From the NCBI GenBank assembly GCA_041650515.1, contig JBAZLA010000004.1:23748-87747 (forward strand): a stretch of 64,000 nt of DNA, in the 5' to 3' direction. The number at the start of each line of letters is the position of its first letter. Position 1 is the stretch's first letter. The DNA is from Patescibacteria group bacterium. Lineage in GTDB: Bacteria > Patescibacteriota > Patescibacteriia > JACRDY01. Below the pieces are notes generated by a model. That model ran no database searches. It worked only from the letters and a program-made list of their open reading frames with translations, and was not told where the DNA came from. A program made the position numbers and the translations under genes. Shown here piece by piece: positions 29,667 through 39,711 of the stretch.

Positions 29667-30827
29667 CTAATACTGGATTGAACCAAATAAGCCGTAAATC
29701 GGTAAAATGATAGCAACAGCAACTAACAAAACGCCAAACCAAACAATAAACAGTAATAACGGCTCTAGGATAACTGATAAGTCCTTAGTTGTTGCCTCAA
29801 TCTTATCCTCAAAATTTTTCCCGATCTGGATAAGGGCCTCGGGTAAGCTACCAGACTGCTCACCAGCAAAAATAAGCTGCTGAGTCGATTTTGGTATATA
29901 ACGTTCAGCGTGATGATAGTTAGCAAAACTTTTTTTAAACGAATTGCCTTCGTCAACACTATCTTTTAAGTATTGATAAAACTTTTGGTAAACTCTAAAA
30001 TTAGTTACTTGCGCTAACAAATCTAAAGCGTCCAATAGCGGCAAACCAGCCTGCAACAGCGTTCCTAGCATATAACCAAAACGAGCTAGTTCTGTTTGCC
30101 TAACCAAGCGTTTAATCACTGGCAAATAAAAAAATAAATACTGACCCAAAAACTTGGTCCGAGGAAAAATGAAAACGAAATAGATTGATAGCAGCAAGAC
30201 AACTAAAAAAACTGGGATAAACAACCAACCCCAGAGAGAAATAAAATCACCGATCCAGATTAATATTCTAGTCGGCCAAGGTAAATCTGTCCCAATACTA
30301 CCAAAAGCTCCAGCTAAGCGGGGCAAAACAAACCAACTAACACCTAAACCAACTACTAAGGTAACAAAAATCACAAAAACTGGATAAATCATGGCTGAAC
30401 GAACTTTGGATCTGAAGCTGCGTTCTTTTTGCTGCTGAATATTAACAACTTTCAGATTCTCGACCAACCGACCAGAGCTCTCACCAATTTTAATCAAAGA
30501 AGTAACTTCATTAGAAAAAAAGGCCGTTTTATCCAACGCCTGCCAGAGCAGCAAACCACCGTCAACATCCAAAATTAAAGAATCAATAAAAAGACGCATT
30601 CTTTGAGTCCGCATCTCTGATTTGACTGCTTCCAGGGCTGGTAATATGCTCATACCGGCAGCCAAAAGCATAGTCAAATTGTTAATAAAATTTTCCTTTT
30701 CAGTCTCTAGACCAAAATCCATCAACCACAGCTTGAACGGTTTTTTAGTTCTGGCTGGTTTATTATCTCCGGACGTTGGTTTTACCATTTTTTTCTTTAT
30801 TTCCGCCTCCATAGTTATTATTAACAC
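29667..30827 (-). CDS. pilC: Type IV pilus assembly platform protein PilC / T2SS protein F
   Basis: 386 aa with two T2SSF-type repeats and 3 TM segments. Confidence 0.85.
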   Translation of the reverse strand: MLIITMEAEIKKKMVKPTSGDNKPARTKKPFKLWLMDFGLETEKENFINNLTMLLAAGMSILPALEAVKSEMRTQRMRLFIDSLILDVDGGLLLWQALDKTAFFSNEVTSLIKIGESSGRLVENLKVVNIQQQKERSFRSKVRSAMIYPVFVIFVTLVVGLGVSWFVLPRLAGAFGSIGTDLPWPTRILIWIGDFISLWGWLFIPVFLVVLLLSIYFVFIFPRTKFLGQYLFFYLPVIKRLVRQTELARFGYMLGTLLQAGLPLLDALDLLAQVTNFRVYQKFYQYLKDSVDEGNSFKKSFANYHHAERYIPKSTQQLIFAGEQSGSLPEALIQIGKNFEDKIEATTKDLSVILEPLLLFIVWFGVLLVAVAIILPIYGLFGSIQY

Positions 30828-32478
30828 TTTTTGTTGCTGGTGGCTCAGCGATTCTTAAGACTTCAGCGATTGTTGTCAGGCCAGCCTTAACTTTTTCTAA
30901 ACCATCCTCAAAAAGCGAGTGTGAACCTTGCTGCTGAGCTAACTCCCAGATTTGTTTAGTTGACGGACGTTTTAAAATTAAATCTTCTAATTCCGGCGTT
31001 ACTAAAATAAATTCAAAAATAGCAATCCGACCACTAAAACCGGTACCATTGCAAGCCGGGCAACCCTTACCTCGGTAAAGAGTAATCTCATCATCAGTAA
31101 AATAAGGGCCAACCATCGGATAATTTTTAATCAGATCGCTACGTTTAATAGTTTCGCTGATTCGACACTTCTCACAAAGTTGACGAACCAAGCGTTGAGC
31201 TAGAACAACTTCTAGGGTTGAAGCAAGTAAAAAAGGCTCAACTGCCATATCTAATAAACGCGGAATACCAGTCGCCGCATCATTAGCATGAAAGGTTGAG
31301 AGTAATAAATGACCAGTCAAGGCCGCATTAATAGCAATCTCAGCTGTTTCTTCATCACGAATTTCCCCGACTAAAATAATATCAGGATCCTGACGAACAA
31401 TTGAACGCAACCCCCTAGCAAAAGTCAGATTAGTTTGGGGATTAACCTGAATCTGATTGACCCCCGAAATCTTATATTCAACTGGATCCTCAATAGTGGT
31501 AATATTGACCTGAGGAGTATTAACTTTTTTTAACAAGGCATACAGAGTAGTGGTCTTACCAGAGCCCGTCGGTCCGGTTACCAAAATCATACCAAACGGC
31601 TTAGCAGCTACGGCCTCCAAAATTTGTTGGTCTTTAGCCGATAAACCAAGATCACTTAGAGTAAAACCCCGCACGTAGTGTGATAATATTCTAATAGCAA
31701 TTTTTTCGCCATCAAGCGTCGGCACAATAGAAATACGCAAATCAACGATATTACTCTCATTAGCATGACGCATCGAACCATCCTGAGTAGCGTAATGCTC
31801 ATCAGTTCGCAGATGACTACGAACCTTAATCCGGTTTAAAATATTTTCATAGTGAGCTTTGGGTATCCGCCCAGCCTCTTGTAACAAGCCATCCACTCGA
31901 AAACGCACTACCACTTCCTTCTCCCCTGGTTCAAAGTGAATATCCGAAGCGTGATAGCTCAGAGCATCAGCAAAAATCTCATCAATAATTTCCGGCGCAA
32001 TCCGGCTTTCTTCCTTAATAATCTGAGCAAAACGGGTTTCTAGGGCTTTACGGTAATAAGTCAAAATAGTGTCAATATCTTCTGGCAGAGAATAAGCTAC
32101 CTTGATCGTTTTAGATTTAAAAATACTCTGCAAGGCCGGCAATAAATCTTTATTAGCCGGATCGTCAGTGGCCACGACAATATTATCCTTGGTCTCCGAA
32201 AACAAAACTGCCCGATATTTTCGACCAATCTCCTCGGGGATCCGAGAAACCTGATCTCGGCCTGGCAGGTTGGAATTAAGATCGGCATAAGTTACTTTAT
32301 AAAACTCAGACATCGCCTGACCTAATAAGTCATTACTGAGCAAACCTTCATTAAGAAGATGGTCAATTACATCGATTCTCCCTTTCTTAGCCAAATCTTC
32401 GGCCTCTCTCAAATCGGCCTCAGTTATATAATTACCTTCCAGCAGGATATTCCTAATTTTTTTACCCTCCAGCTTCAT
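30763..32478 (-). CDS. pilB: Type IV pilus assembly ATPase PilB / GspE
   Basis: 571 aa. N-terminal GspE_N-like domain, Walker A GPTGSGKTTTLYA, tetracysteine CEKC...CPACNGTG. Confidence 0.9.
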   Translation of the reverse strand: MKLEGKKIRNILLEGNYITEADLREAEDLAKKGRIDVIDHLLNEGLLSNDLLGQAMSEFYKVTYADLNSNLPGRDQVSRIPEEIGRKYRAVLFSETKDNIVVATDDPANKDLLPALQSIFKSKTIKVAYSLPEDIDTILTYYRKALETRFAQIIKEESRIAPEIIDEIFADALSYHASDIHFEPGEKEVVVRFRVDGLLQEAGRIPKAHYENILNRIKVRSHLRTDEHYATQDGSMRHANESNIVDLRISIVPTLDGEKIAIRILSHYVRGFTLSDLGLSAKDQQILEAVAAKPFGMILVTGPTGSGKTTTLYALLKKVNTPQVNITTIEDPVEYKISGVNQIQVNPQTNLTFARGLRSIVRQDPDIILVGEIRDEETAEIAINAALTGHLLLSTFHANDAATGIPRLLDMAVEPFLLASTLEVVLAQRLVRQLCEKCRISETIKRSDLIKNYPMVGPYFTDDEITLYRGKGCPACNGTGFSGRIAIFEFILVTPELEDLILKRPSTKQIWELAQQQGSHSLFEDGLEKVKAGLTTIAEVLRIAEPPATKSVNNNYGGGNKEKNGKTNVRR

Positions 32479-32775
32479 AGTTTTTAGATAATTTTTTTAT
32501 ATTATAACATATTAGTAAACTACCGTAAACGAAATCAAGCTTTATTTCAAATAAAAAACAACGATCTCAGGATAACTTTCAATCCGCAACGGCGGTCCCC
32601 AAGTGCCCGTACCACTGGTGGTATAGATCGAAAAACTGCCCGAAGTATGCAACCCCTAATCATAATCATGATAAATCAACTTGGTTATATAGTTAAAGGA
32701 CATAATTTTCCAAAACATATATTAGCGCTCTCATCATTCTACCACTTTTAATGGATAAACAAAAAAATCCGCTCC

Positions 32776-32945
32776 AAAGCTCCGAGGGTGGGACTCCTTC
32801 GCCCAGCAGCGAAGCCTGGGTTTGGCGGCGCCTTTGGCGCAACGCCAAACCCTTTGAATTCACCCCGCGACATAAGCAGTCATGTCGCTCTCTCCTCATT
32901 CGCCTCGCTCATTCAGAGAGGGTGAATTCAAACCCACAACCAAGT
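32776..32945 (-). pseudogene. tRNA-Asn 3'-half duplicate interrupted by a 133-nt structured insertion in the T-loop
   Basis: 32776-32796 (aaagctccgagggtgggactc) and 32930-32945 (aaacccacaaccaagt) are identical to the T-arm/acceptor part of the intact tRNA-Asn 200 nt away. The 133 nt between them (32797-32929) forms nested stems: 10-bp gaattcaccc..gggtgaattc, 7-bp gcgacat..atgtcgc, 7-bp tttggcg..cgccaaa and 6-bp cttcgc..gcgaag. Confidence 0.6.
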
Positions 32946-32989
32946 AACTAATTCAAAATAATTCACAAATATCAAAAAAGACGGCAAAG

Positions 32990-33061
32990 CTCCGAGGGTG
33001 GGACTCGAACCCACAACCAAGTGGTTAACAGCCACCTGCGCTACCATTGCGCTACCTCGGA
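32990..33061 (-). tRNA. tRNA-Asn (anticodon GTT), CCA not encoded
   Basis: Minus strand: UCCGAGG UA GCGC AAUGGUA GCGC A GGUGG CUGUUAA CCACU UGGUU GUGGG UUCGAGU CCCAC CCUCGGA G. The flanking aaagc/gcttt extend the acceptor helix. Confidence 0.85.
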
Positions 33062-33144
33062 GCTTTGCCGTCTTAATCTTTAAAAAAATAAATTTTACAA
33101 CAAATCATTATGCCTGCCCCGTGGTCCCATAAGGACTTTACGGG

Positions 33145-33160
33145 GCTACCTCGGAGCTTT
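33145..33160 (-). repeat. 16-nt exact duplicate of the tRNA-Asn 5' end (gctacctcggagcttt) next to the rpoD terminator hairpin
   Basis: Identical to 33051-33066. Adjacent hairpin ccccgt..acgggg at 33117-33144. Confidence 0.6.
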
Positions 33161-33191
33161 AAAGCGGATAACTTTATGGATTAATATTTTA

Positions 33192-34433
33192 CTAGTAATC
33201 CCGTAATTTTTCAATATCCCGACTATGGCGAATCTTTTCTAAGGCCTTAGCTTCAATTTGACGAATACGTTCGCGAGTAACATCAAACTCCTTACCGACT
33301 TCTTCTAGGGTATGAGAAACACCATCTAATAGACCAAAGCGCATTTCCAGAATCTTTTGTTCCCGGGGTGACAATTCTTTAATTACTTCTTTAACATAAT
33401 CGCGCAATAAACGCAAACCGGCTGACCGATCGGGGCTGACATTTTTTACATCCTTAATAAAGTCCTCTAGGGTACTATCTTCATCATCTTCACCGACTGA
33501 GGTTTCTAAAGAAATCGTATCTTGAGAAATTTTGATAATATGTCTAACTTTATCAAGTTCTTCATTCATCTCAGCCGCGACTTCTTCTGGCAACGGTTCA
33601 CGACCCAAATCTTGAATTAACTGCCGCTCAACCTGCTGAAACTTATTAATTGTTTCCACCATATGCACGGGGATACGGATCGTCCGCGACTGATCGGCCA
33701 AGGCTCGAGTAATCGCCTGGCGAATCCACCAAGTAGCATAAGTAGAAAATTTATAACCTTTACGATATTCAAATTTCTCAACTGCCCGAAATAAACCAAT
33801 ATTCCCTTCTTGAATCAAGTCAGCTAATGACAGGCTCTTGCCAACAAATTTTTTAGCAATAGAAACAACTAACCTTAGGTTGGCTTCAATCAATCGTTTC
33901 TCGGCATCAGTGTCATCCCGTTCTTTGCGTTTGGCTAGAGCAATTTCTTCATCACCAGTTAATAACGGTACCTTACCAATCTCCCGCAAGTACATCTGAA
34001 TTGAATCAGCGGAAATCTCACCTAGATCAATCCCCTTACTGACCTCGGGCGCGGCCGCTGTAACTTTTTTGAACATTTCTCCTTGTTCCACTTTTCTACC
34101 CAACAAACCGCCTCTATTCTCAATAATCTGGACGCCATTGCGGTCTAATCGCTCTAAAAATTCTTCAAACAAATCCAAATAATGCTCAAGGCTAGGAAAA
34201 GCATATAGAATTTCTTCCTCAGTTAGAAAGCTTTTTGCCCGGCCCTTTTTGATTAACCAATCAGTTGTTTCTGGAGCTGGCTGAACCACCTTTAAGCTGG
34301 CCACCTTCTTGGTCGCCTTTTTCTTACTAACTATCTTTCTCCTCTTACCAAAAACGCTCTTACGCTTTTTGGCTGATCCGACCGATTTGCTGCTTTTTTT
34401 AGCCGCTCGCTTATTTTTATTTTCTTTAGCCAT
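33192..34433 (-). CDS. rpoD: RNA polymerase sigma factor RpoD (sigma-70)
   Basis: 413 aa. Region 2 ([41 protein letters not shown]) and region 4 ([24 protein letters not shown]). Basic Lys-rich N-terminus. Confidence 0.9.
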   Translation of the reverse strand: MAKENKNKRAAKKSSKSVGSAKKRKSVFGKRRKIVSKKKATKKVASLKVVQPAPETTDWLIKKGRAKSFLTEEEILYAFPSLEHYLDLFEEFLERLDRNGVQIIENRGGLLGRKVEQGEMFKKVTAAAPEVSKGIDLGEISADSIQMYLREIGKVPLLTGDEEIALAKRKERDDTDAEKRLIEANLRLVVSIAKKFVGKSLSLADLIQEGNIGLFRAVEKFEYRKGYKFSTYATWWIRQAITRALADQSRTIRIPVHMVETINKFQQVERQLIQDLGREPLPEEVAAEMNEELDKVRHIIKISQDTISLETSVGEDDEDSTLEDFIKDVKNVSPDRSAGLRLLRDYVKEVIKELSPREQKILEMRFGLLDGVSHTLEEVGKEFDVTRERIRQIEAKALEKIRHSRDIEKLRDY

Positions 34434-34445
34434 AAAATTTAGAAT

Positions 34446-35126
34446 TTATTTTCCCAACTCTTTTTTCTCCTCAATAATTGCTTTGTTGGCTTCACGACGC
34501 TGGCTATAAAAACCAAGTAAAGAAAAAATTAATACACTAGCAAAAATTATACCAACTATATTAATAAGAAATAATTCAAAAGAATTAATCATATCTGGTA
34601 AACGCCACATTCTGAGGCCAATGCTAATATTACATAACGGTGGCAAAAGAGCAACGGCGATAATCGTTCCGGGTAAAAATTCTGACAATTCTTTTTTAAC
34701 AATTGCCAAAGAGGCAGCAACACCAGCGGCCAGGGCGATATAAAAATGCAACAAACTCGGCTGATTATTACTAAAAATAGCTGAGTAGTCGCCAAACGGA
34801 ATAAAAATAGCAATGATAAAAGAAAAAGCCAAAATAGCTAACAGGGTCTTTAAGATAACAAACAACGAGCGGACAACAAGCAAAAAATCAGCCAAAACTA
34901 TCCCCAGACTCAGAGACAGAACCGGTGACAAAATCGGTGAAACCAACATAGCACCAATCACGACCGCTACATTATTTGAGAACAAGCCTAAAGTGGCAAT
35001 AATCGCTGCTAGGATAACCATCAAAAAGAACGACTGCCGTGGCGAGCTAGAATTAATAATTTTATCAATAGCTTCTTTGCGATCTTCAGACGAAACTTTA
35101 AAAATAAAATTGCTCTTGTTACTCAT
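34446..35126 (-). CDS. DUF389-like membrane protein
   Basis: 226 aa. GAMLVSPILSPV resembles the DUF389 GAMLISPLMGP signature. Several TM helices. Confidence 0.45.
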   Translation of the reverse strand: MSNKSNFIFKVSSEDRKEAIDKIINSSSPRQSFFLMVILAAIIATLGLFSNNVAVVIGAMLVSPILSPVLSLSLGIVLADFLLVVRSLFVILKTLLAILAFSFIIAIFIPFGDYSAIFSNNQPSLLHFYIALAAGVAASLAIVKKELSEFLPGTIIAVALLPPLCNISIGLRMWRLPDMINSFELFLINIVGIIFASVLIFSLLGFYSQRREANKAIIEEKKELGK

Positions 35127-35128
35127 AA

Positions 35129-36934
35129 TTAGCTTAAATGATAAAGTTGATCGGTTAATTCTGAAAACTTTTCTAATAATCTTTTTATTGACTCTTGATC
35201 GCCAGCTGTTTCACTCTCTTTTATCTGCCCCTCGATTAATCTTAATTGATTTAGAGTATATTCTCGTTTCAGATTCTTTATAATTGTCATGACCTCTTCC
35301 TTGGCTTTTTCCAAACTCAATTCTTCTACCGATTCGCTATCAATTAATAATGTTAGCTGATTTAAATATTCAGCTAACTCTTGGCTAATTGACTGCTGTA
35401 AACTTTGTATATAAAAATCTCGGTCTTGGGAAGACGAAAGAGTGGTCTTATTATACCAGACTATCAGTTCGGTGTAAAACTGCCTGGGTTTGGCGCCAAC
35501 CAACGCCTCGGGGACTAAATTTTCCACCACATAAGCCAAATTATCTGGATATTTGAGAATAATCGCCAAGAGTTGCTCGCTCTGTTTCTGGAAACGAGAC
35601 AAACCCTTTTTCTCGATAGCTAATTCCTTTTTAACTACTGACGGCACCCGGCTCGCTAGTTTAACCAAGGTTTCTCGTAAAATGTTTTCGGAGACCTTTA
35701 CTGCCTCAGCCAACTGTTGCAGCCAATGAGTCTGCTCAACTTTGTCCACTAATTTAGCTATTATTGGCAATATCTTTTTAACTATCCCCTTTTTAACTTC
35801 GGGACTGGTTAAATCGGCACCATTAACTATTCGGCTAAAATAATACTCCATTATCGGCTGCGCGGTTTTGATTTTTCGTTGCCAAAGATCAACTGAATTA
35901 TCTTTAATAAAATTATCTGGGTCTAGGCCATTAGGTAATTGGATAACCCGTACATTTAACCCACCCTGTAAAGCGACATCAATCCCCCGCTCAGACGCTA
36001 GCTGACCAGCTTGATCCGGATCAAAAGACAGGGCGACATTCTCTGAATAACGTTTTAAAAGCTTAACCTGGTCACCGGTCAAGGCGGTACCGCAACTAGC
36101 AACCACATTAGTGACACCAAACTGGTGCGAAGTAATAACATCCATATTACCTTCAACTAAAACCACTAATTGCTGTTTTTTGATTTCTTGTTTGGCTTTA
36201 TCTAACCCAAAGAGGAGCTGCCCTTTATTAAAGATCATGGTCTGCGGCGTATTAATATATTTTGCCTCCTTAGCTTCCGGCTCCAAAGTTCGAGCCGAAA
36301 AACCGACTACCTGACTGTGATGATCTGAGATGGGAAACATTAGTCGATTACGAAAACGGTCATAAAACCCAGCTCCGCGCTCTTTTTTGACCGTTAGGCC
36401 AGCTAAAAAAATCTCGGGCTCAATGAACCCTCTTTTTTGTAAAAATTTGGCTGTATCATCCCAACTATCAGGAGCAAAACCTAATTGCCACTGATCAATA
36501 GTTAGTTGATCAACTTGCCTCTTGGCTAAATACTGCCGAGCACTAGCCGCTACTGGCGAATCTAATAGTACTTTATGATAATATTTAGCAACCAAACTAT
36601 TAATATCTAATAATCTAGTCCGCTGACTGATAACAGCGGGATCTTGTTTTTGTAAAATCACTCCAGCTTTTTGAGCTAATAAACGTAAGGCTTCGGGAAA
36701 TTCTACTCCTTCAATTTTTTGGATAAAAGTAAAAATATCACCACCCTCGGCGCAGCCAAAACAATGCCAAATTTGTTTATCGCGAGATACCAAAAATGAC
36801 GGCGTTTTTTCGGTATGAAAAGGACATCGAGCTTTCCAATTGGTCCCCACTTGCTGCAATTTGACATACTCTTGAACTAAATCAACGATGTCAATCTTAG
36901 ATTTTATTTCATCAGTCGGCGTTAGCATAATCAC
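35129..36934 (-). CDS. dnaG: DNA primase
   Basis: 601 aa. Zinc ribbon CPFHTEKTPSF...CFGC; TOPRIM VVLVEGNMDV. Upstream of rpoD, the classic operon. Confidence 0.9.
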   Translation of the reverse strand: MIMLTPTDEIKSKIDIVDLVQEYVKLQQVGTNWKARCPFHTEKTPSFLVSRDKQIWHCFGCAEGGDIFTFIQKIEGVEFPEALRLLAQKAGVILQKQDPAVISQRTRLLDINSLVAKYYHKVLLDSPVAASARQYLAKRQVDQLTIDQWQLGFAPDSWDDTAKFLQKRGFIEPEIFLAGLTVKKERGAGFYDRFRNRLMFPISDHHSQVVGFSARTLEPEAKEAKYINTPQTMIFNKGQLLFGLDKAKQEIKKQQLVVLVEGNMDVITSHQFGVTNVVASCGTALTGDQVKLLKRYSENVALSFDPDQAGQLASERGIDVALQGGLNVRVIQLPNGLDPDNFIKDNSVDLWQRKIKTAQPIMEYYFSRIVNGADLTSPEVKKGIVKKILPIIAKLVDKVEQTHWLQQLAEAVKVSENILRETLVKLASRVPSVVKKELAIEKKGLSRFQKQSEQLLAIILKYPDNLAYVVENLVPEALVGAKPRQFYTELIVWYNKTTLSSSQDRDFYIQSLQQSISQELAEYLNQLTLLIDSESVEELSLEKAKEEVMTIIKNLKREYTLNQLRLIEGQIKESETAGDQESIKRLLEKFSELTDQLYHLS

Positions 36935-36945
36935 TCCTTTAAAAT

Positions 36946-37857
36946 TTAGGGCTGTAAAATATCCTCGATTCGGCCGTCGACAGAAATTATTACTTCTTGA
37001 ACCGTCGCGAACTGCTTAAGCGTCTCGGTGATCTCCGACCTAATCGCTGTTACTCGGCAAGAACCGCCCAGCCCGCCTTCTAACTCCTGACTTAAATCTA
37101 CTGTAGCGACTCCGTCCGTAATCGTCAATTTTTGGATCTTAACCCCAGGATTAATCGAGGTAAAAAAACCAGCCTGAATTTCGCTGGATAATGGTCCAGC
37201 TAATAATTGTTCCAAAGCGGCCCGCGCCACGGCCTGAGTTTTGGGCACCTGGCGATCAACTGCAAAAACTTTGCTGCAAGACGATTCTGGATCTAATTTA
37301 CTATTGTTAAAATAGACTCTGACCATACTCGTCTCTGAGCTAGCCAACTGAAGTGGAATCTGTACCACCGCGTCATTAGCTGATAAATCAGAGGGATTAT
37401 CTTTAGCTAGAACTAAAACGCCATCACTAGATTGAGCAACAGTAAAATTTAAACTAGCAATAAATGGCACCCAGTCTGTGGTCATCCAGCCACTCTGGGC
37501 CTCGGCTAATCCACTGGCTAAAACTTGGCCACTACTATCTAGTAGTTTGACTGGGAAACTGGCTTCAAAAAACCAAGTACCACGAGCCTGACCGCTAATT
37601 TCCAAGGGACTGGTTACTGTGGCACCCGTCGCTGGTGCAATCACTTGAATTTGGTCACTAATCCTATCAGAGCTATTAACCGCCAATTGACCACAAGGTG
37701 TAACCGGCTGCGACGCGCTGGGATTACCACGCTTGACCCACTGACCAGCTTGGCAAAACCAGGTATCTTCATCGCCAGTAGCTAAACGCGAAACAACCAC
37801 CAAAACAGCTAAAATAACCACACTAATTAATAGGCTGATAGTTAGTTTATTTTTCAT
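36946..37857 (-). CDS. GerMN-domain lipoprotein/secreted protein
   Basis: 303 aa. N-terminal signal/TM. The C-terminal region (ALEQLLAGPLS...ATVDLSQEL...QEVIISVDG) resembles GerMN. Confidence 0.45.
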   Translation of the reverse strand: MKNKLTISLLISVVILAVLVVVSRLATGDEDTWFCQAGQWVKRGNPSASQPVTPCGQLAVNSSDRISDQIQVIAPATGATVTSPLEISGQARGTWFFEASFPVKLLDSSGQVLASGLAEAQSGWMTTDWVPFIASLNFTVAQSSDGVLVLAKDNPSDLSANDAVVQIPLQLASSETSMVRVYFNNSKLDPESSCSKVFAVDRQVPKTQAVARAALEQLLAGPLSSEIQAGFFTSINPGVKIQKLTITDGVATVDLSQELEGGLGGSCRVTAIRSEITETLKQFATVQEVIISVDGRIEDILQP

Positions 37858-37865
37858 ATTGTTGA

Positions 37866-38561
37866 TTAATCATCCTGGGTTGGCTTTTTGTCTCTGAGTA
37901 AATAAAGCCCAACGTAGCTAAGCGGCGTATAGAGCGCACCCATCACTACCTTATATATCCACCAAGGAATAATAATCATTATCATGGTTTTAAACGAATA
38001 AATACCGGCAAAGGCAACAATGGTAAAAATAACCGAATCGACGAACTGAGACCAGACATTTGAAAGGTTAGAGCGAAGCCAAAAATATTTATTACCCCAC
38101 TTTTTCTTGAACAAAAAGAATGAGAAGACGTCTTGATATTCAGCCATAATAAACGCCAATAGAGAAGCAACCGACATTCTAAAGGAAACACCAAAAATCT
38201 GATTATAGCTGTCGTGCGCCCACATTCCGTCTGGTGACCAAGGCAAAAAATACGAGATAACCGTGTACAGAATAAATAACGCCGTGCTAATAAAACCAGC
38301 CCAAACAAACATTCTAGCTAATGGCTTACCATAAACTTCGCCAATTACATCCGTCATTAAAAAAACAATCGGGAAGGAAAAGACCGCTACCGACAAATGA
38401 GTGCCAAAGAAAAACGGCATCAATTTTAGGCCTAAAGTATTAGCCGCTACTAACGAGGTAATGTACAAAGAAAGCGCGATTAAAACCTTACCGATGTTTT
38501 TGGCATCTAATATCGCCAAAGAAGAAATGGCTGAGTTTGGTTGATCTTTCACTTGATCCAT
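37866..38561 (-). CDS. YhhQ/DUF165-family queuosine-precursor transporter-like membrane protein
   Basis: 231 aa, 6 TM. FPIVFLMTDVIGEVYGK resembles the YhhQ FPxTFxxTDxxNExYG motif. Call made from remembered family signature only. Confidence 0.45.
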   Translation of the reverse strand: MDQVKDQPNSAISSLAILDAKNIGKVLIALSLYITSLVAANTLGLKLMPFFFGTHLSVAVFSFPIVFLMTDVIGEVYGKPLARMFVWAGFISTALFILYTVISYFLPWSPDGMWAHDSYNQIFGVSFRMSVASLLAFIMAEYQDVFSFFLFKKKWGNKYFWLRSNLSNVWSQFVDSVIFTIVAFAGIYSFKTMIMIIIPWWIYKVVMGALYTPLSYVGLYLLRDKKPTQDD

Positions 38562-38621
38562 AGTTATATTTTTATTAATTTATTCAAGTTGAGGCACTCG
38601 GCGTCAGAGCCTCCGACTAAA

Positions 38622-39467
38622 TTATGTCGGTTTGTTGCCGGTAAAGATACAATACCTGATCAATCCTTTGTCGGCCATTCTATAACACTCAAACCCAGCG
38701 GTGGTGTTAATAAAAAACTTTTGCAATCGAAAAAATTTTACAAATCTATATGGTAATATAGAAATTTTATGCAATCGGTAAAATGATGGAAGAACATTCT
38801 CGGTTATGTCTTGTTCTTTTATATCTTCGAACCCAGCCTCTTTAATAATTTTTGTAAATTGGTCGTGCCGAAAATCTTTTAGCCCGATCATTGCCGAGCC
38901 TTCTATGACGGTATCAAGCATTTTCTTTTCCCACTCGGAGAACTCTTCATCAGGCGCAATAGTGTATTCAAAAAAAGCTATCTTACCACCGGGCTTCAAA
39001 ACTCGAAAGAATTCTTGGAGTGTTTTTCGAATATCAGGAGAATGAGAAAGCGTCTCAGTGGTATAAATCGCATCAAAATAATTATCAGGAAAATTTGTAA
39101 ACGAATAGTCCATCATCTGATAATCGGTTTTATCTTGAACGCCGAGTCTACTTGCTAATTTCCGAGCTTTTTTAATTTGAAAAAGAACGATATTGATCCC
39201 AAAAACTTTTGGTCCGTATTTTTTAGCCAGATACGTTGAAACAACACCTTGTCCGCATCCAGCGTCTAAAACAATCTGCCCATCGCTTAGCTCTAAATTC
39301 TTCGCCACTAAATCTTGCAAAAAAAACTGCGCTTCTTTCTCGCTGATGTCTGCTTTTCGGCTGGGGTAATAACCAAGGTGTATTGACCCCCGAAGGATGT
39401 AATCATATCCGAGCCTTGACTCCAGACTTGAGTAGTACTTAAAAACTTTTTGCTGATCAGTATTCAT
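38622..39467 (-). CDS. Class I SAM-dependent methyltransferase
   Basis: 281 aa. Motif I VLDAGCGQGV and post-I acidic residue. Confidence 0.7.
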   Translation of the reverse strand: MNTDQQKVFKYYSSLESRLGYDYILRGSIHLGYYPSRKADISEKEAQFFLQDLVAKNLELSDGQIVLDAGCGQGVVSTYLAKKYGPKVFGINIVLFQIKKARKLASRLGVQDKTDYQMMDYSFTNFPDNYFDAIYTTETLSHSPDIRKTLQEFFRVLKPGGKIAFFEYTIAPDEEFSEWEKKMLDTVIEGSAMIGLKDFRHDQFTKIIKEAGFEDIKEQDITENVLPSFYRLHKISILPYRFVKFFRLQKFFINTTAGFECYRMADKGLIRYCIFTGNKPT

Positions 39468-39549
39468 AGTAAATCTTCAACAGAAATGTTCAAGGTCTTA
39501 GCGATCTTTGAAAAACACTTTGGTCAGCCATGCCGATGAAAAATTGTCT

Positions 39550-39660
39550 TGGCGGAGAGGGCGGGATTTCCGCCTCCCCTTCAACTCCCCCGATATGCAT
39601 CGGGGTCGCTCAGGGTCGTTGCCCTGGGTCCGCCCGCGGCGAACCCGTTCGAATCCCCTC
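39550..39660 (-). ncRNA. tRNA-like unit B (acceptor-like stem, tmRNA-like GGAUUCGAACGGG motif, encoded CCA), homologous to unit A
   Basis: Minus strand: GGAGGGG-AUUCGAACGGG-UUCGCC-GCG-GGCGGACCC-AGGGCAACGACCCUG-AGCGA-CCCCGAUGCAUAUCGGGG-GAGUUGAAGGGGA-GGCGGAAAUCCCGCC-CUCUCC-G-CCA. 5' GGAGGGG pairs with 3' CCUCUCC (one G.U), nearly identical to the tRNA-Ser acceptor. The 9-bp hairpin has a U.G where unit A has C.G. Confidence 0.35.
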
Positions 39661-39711
39661 CACATCTTAACGGAAATCTGCCGCCCACAAAAGTGGGCGT
39701 CAAATTTCCAT
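39661..39711 (-). repeat. Long AT/GC hairpin spacer between tRNA-Ser and unit B
   Basis: ggaaat-ttgac-gcccac-tttt-gtgggc-ggcag-atttcc. Confidence 0.5.

Noticed and set aside
32693-32951. ORFs 32693..32899 (-) and 32751..32951 (+)
   Set aside because: They overlap the tRNA-Asn fragment and its structured 133-nt insert. Arg/Gly-rich translations with no start context.
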